Origin: an uncultured delta proteobacterium | GTDB taxonomy: Bacteria; Desulfobacterota; RBG-13-43-22 | Reading direction: 5' to 3' | DNA: 64,000 nucleotides | NCBI GenBank assembly: GCA_963790475.1 | Contig: CAWBOS010000010.1 | Location: 768,001 to 832,000 of the forward strand | Shown: piece by piece, positions 9,001 through 18,796 of the stretch | Position numbering within the stretch: the first letter of the stretch is position 1 | How the letters are laid out: each line of letters opens with the position of its first letter | Position numbers and translations under genes: made by a program | The notes under the pieces: generated by a model | Told to the model about the DNA's origin: nothing | The model's input: only the letters and a program-made list of their open reading frames with translations | Databases searched by the model: none

Positions 9001-9615
9001 AAGCTGGAACAATTAGGAGAAGTGAATTTGACCGCCCTGGAAGAATACAATGCTTTTAAGGAGCGGTATGATTTTTACCACACTCAGGAGGAGGATCTGC
9101 TTAAATCCATGGATTCCCTGAAACGGGCCATCCAAAAAATAAATTTCACTTCCAAGGAACTTTTTTTGTCCACCTTTAAAATGATTCAGGAAAAGATGAA
9201 CGAGGTTTTCCCCGTGTTGTTCGGAGGCGGCAGTGCCAAATTATCCCTGATCGATGAAGATGATCCTCTGGAATCCGGAGTAGACATTATGGTCCATCCT
9301 CCGGGAAAAAGAGTGACTAATATGACCCTTCTTTCCGGTGGGGAAAAGGCCCTTACTGCCCTGGCCCTTTTATTCTCAACCTATTTAGTTAAACCCAGCC
9401 CCTTCTGTCTATTGGACGAAATAGACGCTTTTCTGGATGAGGCCAACGTCGAACGATTCAAAAGTCTAGTCCAGAGTATCGTCCGGGATTCCCAGATTAT
9501 CCTGATTACCCACAACCGACGGATCATGGAAATGGCTGACACCCTCTATGGGGTGACTATGGAACAACCGGGGATATCCAAGCTGGTATCGGTCCGGTTG
9601 GATACCATACAATAG
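6043..9615 (+). CDS. smc: Chromosome segregation protein SMC
   Basis: GFKSF, Walker A GPNGCGKSN, long coiled coils, hinge GRATFLP, signature LSGGEK, Walker B LLDEID. Probable GTG start at 6043. Confidence 0.97.
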   Translation: MKLKRLELNGFKSFSEKTVVSFPKGISGVVGPNGCGKSNIVDAIKWVMGEQSPKQLRGKGMDDVIFAGSNGKSSVGMAEVSLVLDNDNGSIPQEYADFSEVVITRRLFRDGESEYAINNKACRLKDVTHLFMDTGVGSKAYSVIEQGRIGAIIDSKPEDRRHWIEEAAGISRYKSKKNETLRKLELTQQNLLRVGDVIAEIKRQMNSLYRQAKKAERFKEIRKQSKEVELVLLAKEYQALLEGKGLKEEELGRQQEQTVELREECYTHESSLEQLQAELMALERQLKEKQEQFYRQKGELQSQEALIQQYQKELKNLGDDAVEIEREVNEIEQWLNENEAREKVLAEEVTSFTQTVALEEDQVREKELSLSESKKELAQSQEQGEQTKDFLVTKLTELTQVRNMRAGLVKLREDRERRIIRQGEEKAQLTARLDFLNTSLLDIETRLAVQREALREFKEKIIQAQQQKIDIEKIHKTLEGELSDLEQGWKQDQAQIRNLQEIRDNFQSYQNGVRALLKAEWPEEIKESPTFRQVLVEGLETEPGCETAVEAALGEALQALMIQDSSFAVQGIDYLKDQGQGRATFLPMKPPVSSIKTTPAPWEENGLVSLLSKVSAQREFEDWLKVLLSPFVLVSDLREGLEVWGKNPGQVCVVSLQGDLIDSKGIISGGSSRNPESGILFQKNLIHKLELKVRDWQEKIDQKKESILTTEKDLSDRIHQFKALEDGKQEKEELILELEKRLIGYQEETKPMQRRLQLLILEEDEYRTQEEDQALEEQDLSLQEETLNKEIEGIREDIHDHEGKNKILENDLDQERESLTLAYTRVSALKEKGGHIGREWEQLKESLNEKRNRQKRLWEKIQIGNQAQAELREKSSSGEALITGLLALVNDFEAQIQAANQNWEKMIKQKEDWETVLKETRGLLNEAEQQENEHRMELAQMVMKIDHVKEQILEQSGLPAEEVVSTYLKGGEDLGALRERRREFKEKLEQLGEVNLTALEEYNAFKERYDFYHTQEEDLLKSMDSLKRAIQKINFTSKELFLSTFKMIQEKMNEVFPVLFGGGSAKLSLIDEDDPLESGVDIMVHPPGKRVTNMTLLSGGEKALTALALLFSTYLVKPSPFCLLDEIDAFLDEANVERFKSLVQSIVRDSQIILITHNRRIMEMADTLYGVTMEQPGISKLVSVRLDTIQ

Positions 9616-9741
9616 AGTTGGCCGCCTTTCCCATCAATAATCTGCGGCAAAGATAATATTTACACCTCTATTAAACCTATGCTAAGCTCTCTCCCATGCT
9701 ATTTAAAATTTTAATCTCCTTTTTGATAAGAGTTATCAGAA

Positions 9742-9938
9742 GGTCTTGTTATTGGAGTCAATCACCTATAAGGCATGAGCTTCTTTTGGCGAAGGACGAA
9801 ATTTGAACTAGGTTATAATAACCGGCCATTAACCTCTCCTGTGCCAGGTTGGGGTGAATGCTCTGCGGTCCATGAACTTAGCCCCCGGGCCGGGCTTGGG
9901 CGTTGGATTGTCTTTCGAACATTCCCAATAACAAGACC
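9742..9938. repeat. 14-bp perfect inverted repeat pair bounding 197 bp (possible MITE remnant)
   Basis: GGTCTTGTTATTGG (9742-9755) / CCAATAACAAGACC (9925-9938); no target duplication seen. Confidence 0.45.
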
Positions 9939-10021
9939 CCCAGGTATCCATCGCCTGCGGGTGAGAAATCCTAAAATTACAAAGGCCTAAGAATCTAGAA
10001 GAGTCTATTGATCTAACATCT

Positions 10022-10793
10022 ATGTTGCCACCTATGAACAGGCTAGAAGAAAAAAAAAGGATTCATCCTTGGGCAGGGGTACTTTTCCTGGCAGTCCTGC
10101 TTATCGGTCAGCAGGTCTGGGCCAAGGTCTACAGCGTTCAGATAGGAGTATTTCAAAAAGTTCAGAATGCCCAGCAGCAATTTAAGCGGCTGGAGAAATC
10201 GTTACCTACAAATTTGTTGGATCACCTCCGGATTGAAAAAACCGGAAAGGGTTATATTGTCAAGGTCGGGAAATTTAGTGACCTGGAACAGGCGCAGACC
10301 TTACTTTCAGCCATAACGCCTCTTTCTCCCGATGCCTTTATCTGGAAAGGAGATTTTATAAAGGAACAAATTTTAAAGACAGAAAAGAATCCAAACCCTC
10401 GCTGCGGATCGCTCTTCAACTGAGGGTAAGGTTTCTTCTTCCATTGAAAGGAAAAAAGATGAATCTCCCGGGAAATCCGAAATCCCCTATCCGATCAACC
10501 AAGCCCTCCTTAGAGGAACCATTCGTGAAATCAATTCCTTGGCCTCCGAAAAAATTGGATTGCCTCCCGGAAAGAAAATTTATCGACTGAAAATTCAGGT
10601 AGAAGAGAGTAAAGAAATAAAAGGGTTCCCGGATTTTTTAAAAGAAAAGGAGGGGGAGTTATTAACCGTGTTCTCGGAAACCAGTCCGCCTTTTTTCCAA
10701 CCCGGAAACAAAATTACGGCTGTCGCCGAATATCGAGGGGATCGTTTCAGCCGATTCACCTGGATCATTAAACCCCAGGCCGTCAAACCATGA
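10022..10793 (+). pseudogene. SPOR-domain exported protein split by a 1-nt frameshift
   Basis: Signal peptide plus YSVQIGVF..QNA...YIVKVGKF (SPOR) in 10022-10423. The +1 frame is open from ~10376 (QTLAADRSS...LLRGTIREINSLASEKIG) into ORF 10539-10793. Confidence 0.6.
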
Positions 10794-10852
10794 ATCTCCG
10801 AATTCCAACTTCAGATTTTCACAAAAAATAAAAGAAACCAAGGCAGGCCAAT

Positions 10853-11869
10853 ATGTTGAAATGGTTTACTCCAAAAGAACAAAAAAATAACATTGAAAAA
10901 ACTGAACCCCCCGGAGAAGACAGGGAAGGGTTTCCTGAATCCGGTGAGACCCCTGAAAATAAGAAGGGTTTTTTTGGCCGGCTGAAAGAAAGGTTGACCA
11001 AGACCCGGGAAACCTTTGTCACCCGAGTGGATCGTCTGGTTCTGGGGAAAAAAGAGATCGACGAAGACTTGTTGGAGGAATTGGAAGAAATACTGATCAC
11101 TTCGGATTTGGGGGTCATGACTACTCAAGTCCTGATTGATTCCGTTCAACAAAAGGTCAAACGAAAAGAGCTGGATGATCCCAATCGGCTGAAGGAATAT
11201 TTACAGCAAGAAATTCTTCGTTTTTTGGATGTGACCAAAAGGACGCTGGATTTTTCTAAAAAACCTTTCGTCATTCTAGTCGTCGGGGTAAACGGGGTGG
11301 GAAAAACCACCACTATCGGTAAATTGGCTCAGCGTTTTCAAGCCCAGGGGAAAAAGGTCCTATTGGTGGCCGGAGATACCTTCCGAGCAGCGGCCGGTGA
11401 ACAATTAGAGATTTGGGCCGGGCGGTCCGGAGCCGAAATCATCCGCCAGAAAGAAGGCTCCGATCCTTCGGCCGTAGTTTTTGACGCCGTTAAGGCCGCC
11501 CGGGCTCGGGAGATAGATATTGTTCTGATCGATACGGCAGGAAGACTTCATACCCGGGTAAACCTGATGGAGGAGCTGAAAAAGATTCACCGGGTAGTCC
11601 AGAAAGAGATCCCCGACGGTCCTCATCAAACCTGGTTGGTCCTGGATGCCACCATGGGGCAGAATGCCATCTCCCAAGCCCGAATTTTCAACGAGGCCAT
11701 GGAAATCAACGGGATTATCCTGACCAAATTAGACGGCACAGCCAAAGGGGGGATCATCGTCGGCATCTGCAATGAACTGAAGATTCCGATTGAATATATC
11801 GGTATCGGCGAAAAGGCGGAGGATTTACAACCCTTCAATCCTGAGGAATTCGTCCGGGCCTTATTCTGA
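10853..11869 (+). CDS. ftsY: Signal recognition particle receptor FtsY
   Basis: GVNGVGKTTTIGKLA, DTFRAAA, DTAGRL, TKLDGTAKGG. Confidence 0.97.
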   Translation: MLKWFTPKEQKNNIEKTEPPGEDREGFPESGETPENKKGFFGRLKERLTKTRETFVTRVDRLVLGKKEIDEDLLEELEEILITSDLGVMTTQVLIDSVQQKVKRKELDDPNRLKEYLQQEILRFLDVTKRTLDFSKKPFVILVVGVNGVGKTTTIGKLAQRFQAQGKKVLLVAGDTFRAAAGEQLEIWAGRSGAEIIRQKEGSDPSAVVFDAVKAARAREIDIVLIDTAGRLHTRVNLMEELKKIHRVVQKEIPDGPHQTWLVLDATMGQNAISQARIFNEAMEINGIILTKLDGTAKGGIIVGICNELKIPIEYIGIGEKAEDLQPFNPEEFVRALF

Positions 11870-11921
11870 TAGGTTCGTCTAAAATAGCCTACCTGGGGTT
11901 GTTACCCTTCAGGCAGATCTT

Positions 11922-13271
11922 CTACCACTTTTCTTTTAATTGGATCTCTTTTTGATCCCCTACCACGACCAGTAGAAAATTGTCGGGTTTGAGATAGGTC
12001 CGGGCCACGCGAAGTACCTCTTCAGCCGTCACCTGATTGATAAGTTTGGTGTATTTTTCCGGGAAATCCAAACCCAGGCCATACAATTCCATGGCTGATA
12101 GGAGCCGCACCATCTTTCCATTGGTATCCATTCGCAGCGGGAAGCTTCCGGTTAAATAGGCCTTAGCCTCGGAAAGTTCTGTCGGGGAAACCCCTTGTTC
12201 AATCATTTTCTTTATTTCTTTTAATATCTCGAAAAGGCCCTGGTTGGTATTTTTATTTTCCGTTTCCACGACAATTTGAAAAGAGCCGGGGTATTCCCGG
12301 GCATCAAAAAGACTGTATATCCCATAAGTCAAGCCCAGGTTATCCCTGATATTATCCACCAGACGGGAAACGAAACCTCCTCCCCCCAGAATATAATTCA
12401 TAACCTGGAGGGCATAATAGTCCGGGTTGGATCGGGATATACCCAGGTGCCCCCAAATGATATTGGCCTGGGTGATAGGCCGATCGATTTTTTCTATCAC
12501 CGGATTGGTTAATTTCGGGGGCGGAGACAGGATGGAGCGGGAGCCGGGGGCCGGCTTCCATTCTTTGAAAAGGGGCTCAAGCAGGAGAACCCCTTCTTCC
12601 AGGGATATTTGGCCGACCATAATGACGCTGAGATTGTCTGGCCGGTAGTAGGTCTTGAAAAAATGGACTATATCTTCTCTGGCGATCGAAGAGAGGGTTA
12701 CCGGAGATCCTTCTGACAGATTGGCATAGGGATGAGTCCCGAATAGTATTTTTGAAAATGCCATGCGGGCCACCTGCCTGGGCTCTTCGTCCATACGCTT
12801 CAAACGAGCTTTCAATTCCGAAACCTTACGTTCTATCTCCGGAGGGGCAAAAAGGGGACTCAAAAGGATATCCGAAAGGATAGATAGGCCGAGGGGCAGG
12901 TCTTTTTTTAGAATGGACAGGTTTAAGGCGGCATAGTCCGATTCGCAGGAGGCGGAAAGGGAACCCCCGACCGATTCGATCTCCCGGCTTATTTGAGTGG
13001 CCTTTCTTTGAGCCGTACCCCGGGTCAGCAATTCAGCCGTCAAATTGGCCAAACCGAGCAGGTGAGGGGGATCTTGCGATGATCCGGCCCGGATCATAAC
13101 CTGAAGATGGATGGTCGGGAGTTGGCTCCTTTCGGAAACAATTAAGACTATTCCATTGGAAAGGATGGTTTTTCGAGTCAGAGGCATGGCCCCGGTCAAT
13201 GAAGAAGAAGCAACGGCTCCGGTAGAAGTTATGAAAATAGGCATTATGGTTAAGACCTTTCGGATCATCAT
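11922..13271 (-). CDS. M16 family peptidase, non-catalytic-type subunit
   Basis: LSNG, GLANLTAELLTRGT (HxxEH absent), ILGGGGFVSRL...IRDNLGLTYG. Confidence 0.88.
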   Translation of the reverse strand: MMIRKVLTIMPIFITSTGAVASSSLTGAMPLTRKTILSNGIVLIVSERSQLPTIHLQVMIRAGSSQDPPHLLGLANLTAELLTRGTAQRKATQISREIESVGGSLSASCESDYAALNLSILKKDLPLGLSILSDILLSPLFAPPEIERKVSELKARLKRMDEEPRQVARMAFSKILFGTHPYANLSEGSPVTLSSIAREDIVHFFKTYYRPDNLSVIMVGQISLEEGVLLLEPLFKEWKPAPGSRSILSPPPKLTNPVIEKIDRPITQANIIWGHLGISRSNPDYYALQVMNYILGGGGFVSRLVDNIRDNLGLTYGIYSLFDAREYPGSFQIVVETENKNTNQGLFEILKEIKKMIEQGVSPTELSEAKAYLTGSFPLRMDTNGKMVRLLSAMELYGLGLDFPEKYTKLINQVTAEEVLRVARTYLKPDNFLLVVVGDQKEIQLKEKW

Positions 13272-13345
13272 TCGGTTTTTTAAAAAATCAGGCCATCGGC
13301 GATAGGCTAATCGGTAAGCAGGAATACTTTAAGACTCATAGTCTA

Positions 13346-14692
13346 TTACCCGTTGTTTTTTGGCTGATTGATGGGAATTAAAATACCCACGGTTTTATTC
13401 CGGTCCTTGAAATAGGTTTGATAGACCCGCAAAAGATCGGACTGTTGCACGGTCCGAATGCCGGGGAGAAAGGCATTCAAGTCCTTCCAGTTTCCGAGGG
13501 TTTGATATTTCCCGAGCAGGTTGGCCTGATAAAAGATGGAATCCTGGGCAAATATAAAGGCCGCTTCGATCTGGTTTTTAGCCCTTTTAATTTCCTCTTG
13601 GGTTGGGGGGACTTTTTCCCAGTCCTCCAGTTCCTGAAAAAGCCTTTTTTCAATTTGGTCCGGGGTATGACCGGGCATAGCCTGGGCATAAAAGAAGAAG
13701 AGAAAAGGATCTCTTGAAGAAAAGGCATAGTCTGCTCCCGCATCCAGGGCTTTTTGTTCCTGGTAGACTATTTTTTCATGCATCCTGGAACTTTTCCCTC
13801 CGGCCAGGATTTGGGACATGACTTCCAGCGCGAAGGAATCAGGATGGGGGAAGGATGGGACGTGATAGGCGAGGACCACAAATGGTAACTGGGCTTCCCG
13901 GCGAAGAACAACTCGTTTATCCGTCTCCTGAGACGGTTCTTTAATAGTAACGGGTCTAAGGTCTTCCCCCTTTGGAATCCGGCCGAAGGTCTTTTCAACC
14001 AAAGGTAAAAGGCTGTCTTTATCAATGTCACCGGCCACAATCAGGGTGGCATTGGCCGGTTGATAATACTTCCGGTAAAAAGAAAGAAAATCCGAGGGGA
14101 GGAGACCTTCCAGGTCTTCCATCCAACCGGTTATGGGTCTCTGGTAAGGATGAGAGTTGAAAGCCGTTCCAATGACTTCTTCAAACAGGGAAGCGGAGGG
14201 ATCGTCTTTGATCCTTAACCGGCGTTCCTCCTGCACCACCTTTCTTTCAGTATAGAAATTGACGTCATCGACCATGAGGCCGGTCATCCGATCGGATTCC
14301 AGATTCAGAGCAATTTCCAGACGGTTGGAAGCCATGTTTTCAAAATAGGCTGTATAATCCCGACCGGTGAAGGCATTGTCCTGCCCTCCATTCTTTTGAA
14401 CCAGGCGAGAAAACTGTTTGGGGCCGTATTTTTCTGTCCCCCTGAACATTAAATGCTCGGTTAGATGGGCCAATCCGGATTGCCCAGGGGATTCACTTCC
14501 TGACCCAACCTTGTACCAGACCTGAACGCTGACCACCGGTGCTTTGCGGTTGGGCAGCAAGAGGACCCGTAATCCATTGGGTAGTCGGGTTTCAGTTACC
14601 TGTTCCAGTTTTTCGGCCTGAATTCTGGAAATGGAGCCCCAGAGCAGGAAGCCTAGGGAAACAAGAGAGGCGATAAAAATAATTTTATTCAT
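13346..14692 (-). CDS. M16 family zinc peptidase, catalytic subunit
   Basis: Signal peptide, LPNGL, GLAHLTEHLMFRGT (HxxEH), NAFT, EERR. Start set at MNKIIF. Confidence 0.92.
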   Translation of the reverse strand: MNKIIFIASLVSLGFLLWGSISRIQAEKLEQVTETRLPNGLRVLLLPNRKAPVVSVQVWYKVGSGSESPGQSGLAHLTEHLMFRGTEKYGPKQFSRLVQKNGGQDNAFTGRDYTAYFENMASNRLEIALNLESDRMTGLMVDDVNFYTERKVVQEERRLRIKDDPSASLFEEVIGTAFNSHPYQRPITGWMEDLEGLLPSDFLSFYRKYYQPANATLIVAGDIDKDSLLPLVEKTFGRIPKGEDLRPVTIKEPSQETDKRVVLRREAQLPFVVLAYHVPSFPHPDSFALEVMSQILAGGKSSRMHEKIVYQEQKALDAGADYAFSSRDPFLFFFYAQAMPGHTPDQIEKRLFQELEDWEKVPPTQEEIKRAKNQIEAAFIFAQDSIFYQANLLGKYQTLGNWKDLNAFLPGIRTVQQSDLLRVYQTYFKDRNKTVGILIPINQPKNNG

Positions 14693-14876
14693 TTCATACC
14701 CTTGCTTGACAACTTTTTTTATTTGAATTATATCATAACATAGATAATCCCTAATTTGACAAGGCATTTTTGCGAGTCTATGAGTTAATAAAGTCAGGAC
14801 ACTGGTCCTATCTTAATTTTTTGACCAGTTAACATCAATATTGTTTGTCAGACGGGATCGACGGGAGAACCAGACG

Positions 14877-15362
14877 ATGCCTTTAGAAAAAAGAGTTTGG
14901 GATGTAATGGATCCGAATTTCCAAACGGTGACTCCGGAAACCCCTTTAAGAGAAGCTTCTGCCATTCTCGGCAGTCAGAACAGGGAAAAACAGGGAAGCC
15001 TTGGTTTGGTCATTATGAGGACTTCAGGGGAATTTCTGGGCCTTTTAACAACCAAAGAAGTATTAAAATATGTGATCTACCTCCATAATAAATCAAAACG
15101 AGAGGGCAATGAACAAGACTGGGCCACACCCCTCAGCGATCAGGGTAAGGACGGATCTTTAGTTACGGTCAATGATGTCCTGGTCTTCCATGAAGTTTTC
15201 GCTCGTCCCAATCAAAGCTTGTTCGAAGTGATCCAGATCATGGATGAAAATGATTTGGAAATAATACCGGTCATTGACGCCGGAAGGGTTATCGGGGTGA
15301 TTCATAGCGCAGATATACTGGGTGAGATAGCACGAAATATCCAAGTTAAACATCGCAACTAA
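14877..15362 (+). CDS. CBS-domain pair protein
   Basis: VWDVM..TVTPETPLREA and IPVIDAGRVIGVIHSADIL. Confidence 0.85.
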   Translation: MPLEKRVWDVMDPNFQTVTPETPLREASAILGSQNREKQGSLGLVIMRTSGEFLGLLTTKEVLKYVIYLHNKSKREGNEQDWATPLSDQGKDGSLVTVNDVLVFHEVFARPNQSLFEVIQIMDENDLEIIPVIDAGRVIGVIHSADILGEIARNIQVKHRN

Positions 15363-15390
15363 TTTTCAGAAAGGGTCCCGGCAACGGATT

Positions 15391-16149
15391 ATGGAACGTT
15401 CGCACATCAACACCAAATACGATGAAGAACTCAATCTGTTGAAACAAAAAATCCTGCGTATGGGGGAGATGGTAGAGAATAATGTAGTCTCGGCCATTAC
15501 CTCGGTCATGTATCGGGATCCTAATATGGCCCAAAGGATAATTGAATCCGATCACCAGATCAATGAGCTGGAAGTGGACACGGAAGAAATGTGCCTGCGG
15601 CTCATTGCCCTGCGTCAGCCGGCCGGAAGGGACTTGAGGTTCATTTCCACGGCCATGAAAATCATCACCTCTTTGGAACGCATGGGAGATTTGGCAACCA
15701 ATATTTCCAGTCGGGCTTTGGAGATGGTGGAAGAACCTCGCAGCGGCGTCTGTTTTCATCTTCCGATAATGGCTGAAGCCACTGAGGATCTGGTCCATCG
15801 CTCTCTGGAGGCCTTTGTCAACGAAGATATTGAAATGGCCTTGGGAGTCTGCCGTGATGATTCCTATGTCAATGACACCTATAAGAAGGTGATCGAAGAG
15901 CTTCTTAAGATGATGGGAGAGAAATCCATCCTCATCCCTCGGGCCATGAAGATCATGCTGGTTGCCAAATACCTGGAACGGATTGCCGATCATGCGGTGC
16001 ACATGTCTGAAATGGTGGTTTTTATGGTGGCCGGAAAAATCATCCGCCATCAGGAAAAGACCCTGGATTATTTGGATGAAGAGTTTCATAAAGACCCTCA
16101 TGCCGCTTCCTCTGCTGCCACAATTAAGGGGAATCGGAAGATAAGTTAA
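15391..16149 (+). CDS. phoU: Phosphate signalling protein PhoU
   Basis: LIALRQPAGRDLR, LERMGDLATNI, YLERIADHA. Confidence 0.95.
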   Translation: MERSHINTKYDEELNLLKQKILRMGEMVENNVVSAITSVMYRDPNMAQRIIESDHQINELEVDTEEMCLRLIALRQPAGRDLRFISTAMKIITSLERMGDLATNISSRALEMVEEPRSGVCFHLPIMAEATEDLVHRSLEAFVNEDIEMALGVCRDDSYVNDTYKKVIEELLKMMGEKSILIPRAMKIMLVAKYLERIADHAVHMSEMVVFMVAGKIIRHQEKTLDYLDEEFHKDPHAASSAATIKGNRKIS

Positions 16150-16251
16150 ATGTTCAAAAAAGTTCGAATGGTTGTTTCCATTCACTGATCCCGCCAGTAA
16201 CGGAGAATGCCCTTGCCGGGCATTTCCAAACAAAATCAAAGGAACTGGAAT

Positions 16252-17433
16252 ATGCCGGAAGAAGTGTATATCGTCAGCGGTGTGAGAACCCCGGTCGGGG
16301 CTTTTAATGGCAGTCTCAGTACTGTGGCGGCCACCGAGTTAGGGGCGTTGGTCATTTCCGAGGCTATTTCCCGGGCCGGGTTGGACAAAGGGCAGGTGGA
16401 TGAGGTTATTATGGGCAATGTCCTTCCTGCCGGACTGGGACAGAACCCGGCCCGCCAAGCCATGCTCAAAGCCGGTCTCCCTTATGATGTCGGAGCGATC
16501 ACGGTAAACAAGGTCTGCGGTTCCGGACTAAAGGCGGTGATGTTGGCCGCCCAGGCCATAGCCCTTAAAGATGCCGAGGTGATTGTGGCCGGGGGGCTGG
16601 AAAATATGAGTCGCGCCCCTTTTTATTTGGATCAAGTCCGAACGGGGTATCGTATGGGCAACGGGGTCCTGGTAGATTCCCTTGATCATGATGGGTTGCG
16701 GGATATCAATAACGATTTTCTGATGGGAGTCAGTGCCGAGTATTGTGCTGAAAAGCATGGGGTAAGCCGGGAAGAACAGGATTTGTTCGCCTTTAATTCT
16801 TATCAAAAGGCCTTAAAGGCCAAAGGGGATGGTAAGTTTAGGGCAGAGATATTACCCGTTTCCATCCCCCGGAAGGGGAAGGGGCCCGTGGTTTTCGATC
16901 AGGACGAAATAGTCAGGGAAACCCATCTTTCAGCCCTAACTGAATTAAAACCGGCTTTTCAAAAAAACGGGACGGTAACGGCGGGGAATTCTTCCAAAAT
17001 AAGCGATGGTGCAGCGGCCCTGGTCCTGATGTCCGGGACCAAAGTCCGGGAACTTAATTTGTCCCCTCTGGCCCGGGTAGGCGCTCAAGGTTCCTCCGGT
17101 TTGGACCCCAAATACGTTTTAGTAGCCCCCTTGCTTTCCATCCCCAAGGTCCTCAAAAAAGCCGGGTTATCGATTGACGAAATTGACCTTCAAGAGGTGA
17201 ATGAGGCTTTTTCAGCGTCAACCGTCGCGGTCATCAAAGAACTGAGATTAGATCCCGAAAAAGTCAACGTCCATGGGGGCGCGGTCGCCCTGGGACATCC
17301 GATCGGGGCCAGCGGGGCCAGGGTCCTGGTTACCTTACTTTTTGCCATGAAGGACCGGGGGGCCAAAAGAGGGATGGCTTCCTTGTGTCTGGGGGGGGGA
17401 GAAGCGGTTAGTTTGATAGTGGAAAAAGCATAA
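16252..17433 (+). CDS. Acetyl-CoA C-acetyltransferase (thiolase)
   Basis: [24 protein letters not shown]. Confidence 0.95.
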   Translation: MPEEVYIVSGVRTPVGAFNGSLSTVAATELGALVISEAISRAGLDKGQVDEVIMGNVLPAGLGQNPARQAMLKAGLPYDVGAITVNKVCGSGLKAVMLAAQAIALKDAEVIVAGGLENMSRAPFYLDQVRTGYRMGNGVLVDSLDHDGLRDINNDFLMGVSAEYCAEKHGVSREEQDLFAFNSYQKALKAKGDGKFRAEILPVSIPRKGKGPVVFDQDEIVRETHLSALTELKPAFQKNGTVTAGNSSKISDGAAALVLMSGTKVRELNLSPLARVGAQGSSGLDPKYVLVAPLLSIPKVLKKAGLSIDEIDLQEVNEAFSASTVAVIKELRLDPEKVNVHGGAVALGHPIGASGARVLVTLLFAMKDRGAKRGMASLCLGGGEAVSLIVEKA

Positions 17434-17606
17434 AAAAAATCCAGAATCCCGGAGTCTGAATTCAGAAGTGGAGAATTGTTTTGAAAAAATAATAGGGCGG
17501 GCATTATCGTCTGTTCATATTAGATAAGCCTGAGGCCGTGGTTTGATTATGATGACCACTCCTGACTTCTGGCTCCTGAATTTTTTTTTTAGAGGAGGTA
17601 TTAAAT

Positions 17607-18785
17607 ATGAAAGAAGTGGTAATCGTTGGTGCGGCCCGGACTCCGGTAGGACGGTTCGGAGGGGGTCTTAAAGATATTTCTGCGGTTCAATTAGGGGTGA
17701 TTGCCGTTAAAGAAGCCTTAAAACGGGCCTCGGTCCCTCCGGAAAGGGTTGAAGAGGTTATTTTAGGTAATGTCCTCCAGGCCGGCCAGGGGCAGAATCC
17801 TGCCCGGCAGGTGGTGATTCATTCCGGTATCCCCAAGGAAGTTCCGGCCACCACCATCAATATGGTCTGTGCTTCGGGGTTGAAATCAGTCATGATGGCG
17901 GCTCAAACCATCTTGTCAGGAGATGCCGATATCGTTGTGGCCGGTGGCATGGAAAGCATGAGTCAGGCCCCGTATGCCTTCAGGCAGGCCCGTTGGGGGT
18001 CGCGAATGGGAAACAGTGAATTAGTGGACCTGATGATCTACGATGGGCTCCAGGATGTATTCGGACAGGTCCATATGGGTATTACCGCTGAAAACGTGGC
18101 CGAACAATTTGGAATCTCGCGGGAGGATCAAGACCGGCTGGCCTTGCGCAGTCAGGAAAATGCCTTGAAGGCCCAGGCCGAAGGCAGGTTCAGGGATGAA
18201 ATCGTTCCGGTCCCGATTCCTCAAAAGAAAGGGGATCCCATTTTATTCGATACTGATGAGCACCCGCGAGCCACAACTTTGGCAGATCTGGCAAAACTAA
18301 AACCGGCTTTCAAAAATAATGGAACGGTGACTGCCGGTAATGCCTCGGGAATCAATGACGGGGGAGCGGCCTTGGTGGTGATGTCTTTAGAAAAGGCCAG
18401 GGAGATGGGTCTTCGGCCCTTGGCCCATATTCGTTCTTATGCCACCGCCGGAGTGGACCCGTCGATTATGGGTACCGGCCCCATCCCGGCCTCCAAAAAG
18501 GCTTTGAAAAAGGCGGGACTATTGGTGAAGGATTTGGACCTGATCGAGGCCAATGAAGCCTTTGCCGCCCAGGCGGCGGCGGTCAATCGGGAGATGGGCT
18601 GGAATATGGAGAAGGTCAATATCAGCGGCGGGGCCGTTGCCCTGGGACATCCGATCGGGGCCAGCGGGGCCAGGATATTGATTACCTTGCTTTATGGAAT
18701 GATTAGAAATAAGGCCGCCCTGGGCTTGGCCACCCTCTGTGTCGGAGGGGGCATGGGGGCGGCGATGATACTGGAAAGAAAATAA
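17607..18785 (+). CDS. Acetyl-CoA C-acetyltransferase (thiolase), second paralog
   Basis: [25 protein letters not shown]. Confidence 0.95.
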   Translation: MKEVVIVGAARTPVGRFGGGLKDISAVQLGVIAVKEALKRASVPPERVEEVILGNVLQAGQGQNPARQVVIHSGIPKEVPATTINMVCASGLKSVMMAAQTILSGDADIVVAGGMESMSQAPYAFRQARWGSRMGNSELVDLMIYDGLQDVFGQVHMGITAENVAEQFGISREDQDRLALRSQENALKAQAEGRFRDEIVPVPIPQKKGDPILFDTDEHPRATTLADLAKLKPAFKNNGTVTAGNASGINDGGAALVVMSLEKAREMGLRPLAHIRSYATAGVDPSIMGTGPIPASKKALKKAGLLVKDLDLIEANEAFAAQAAAVNREMGWNMEKVNISGGAVALGHPIGASGARILITLLYGMIRNKAALGLATLCVGGGMGAAMILERK

Positions 18786-18796
18786 GGAGAAAATAT

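Noticed and set aside
15346-16239. 297-aa minus-strand ORF
   Set aside because: Antisense shadow of phoU.
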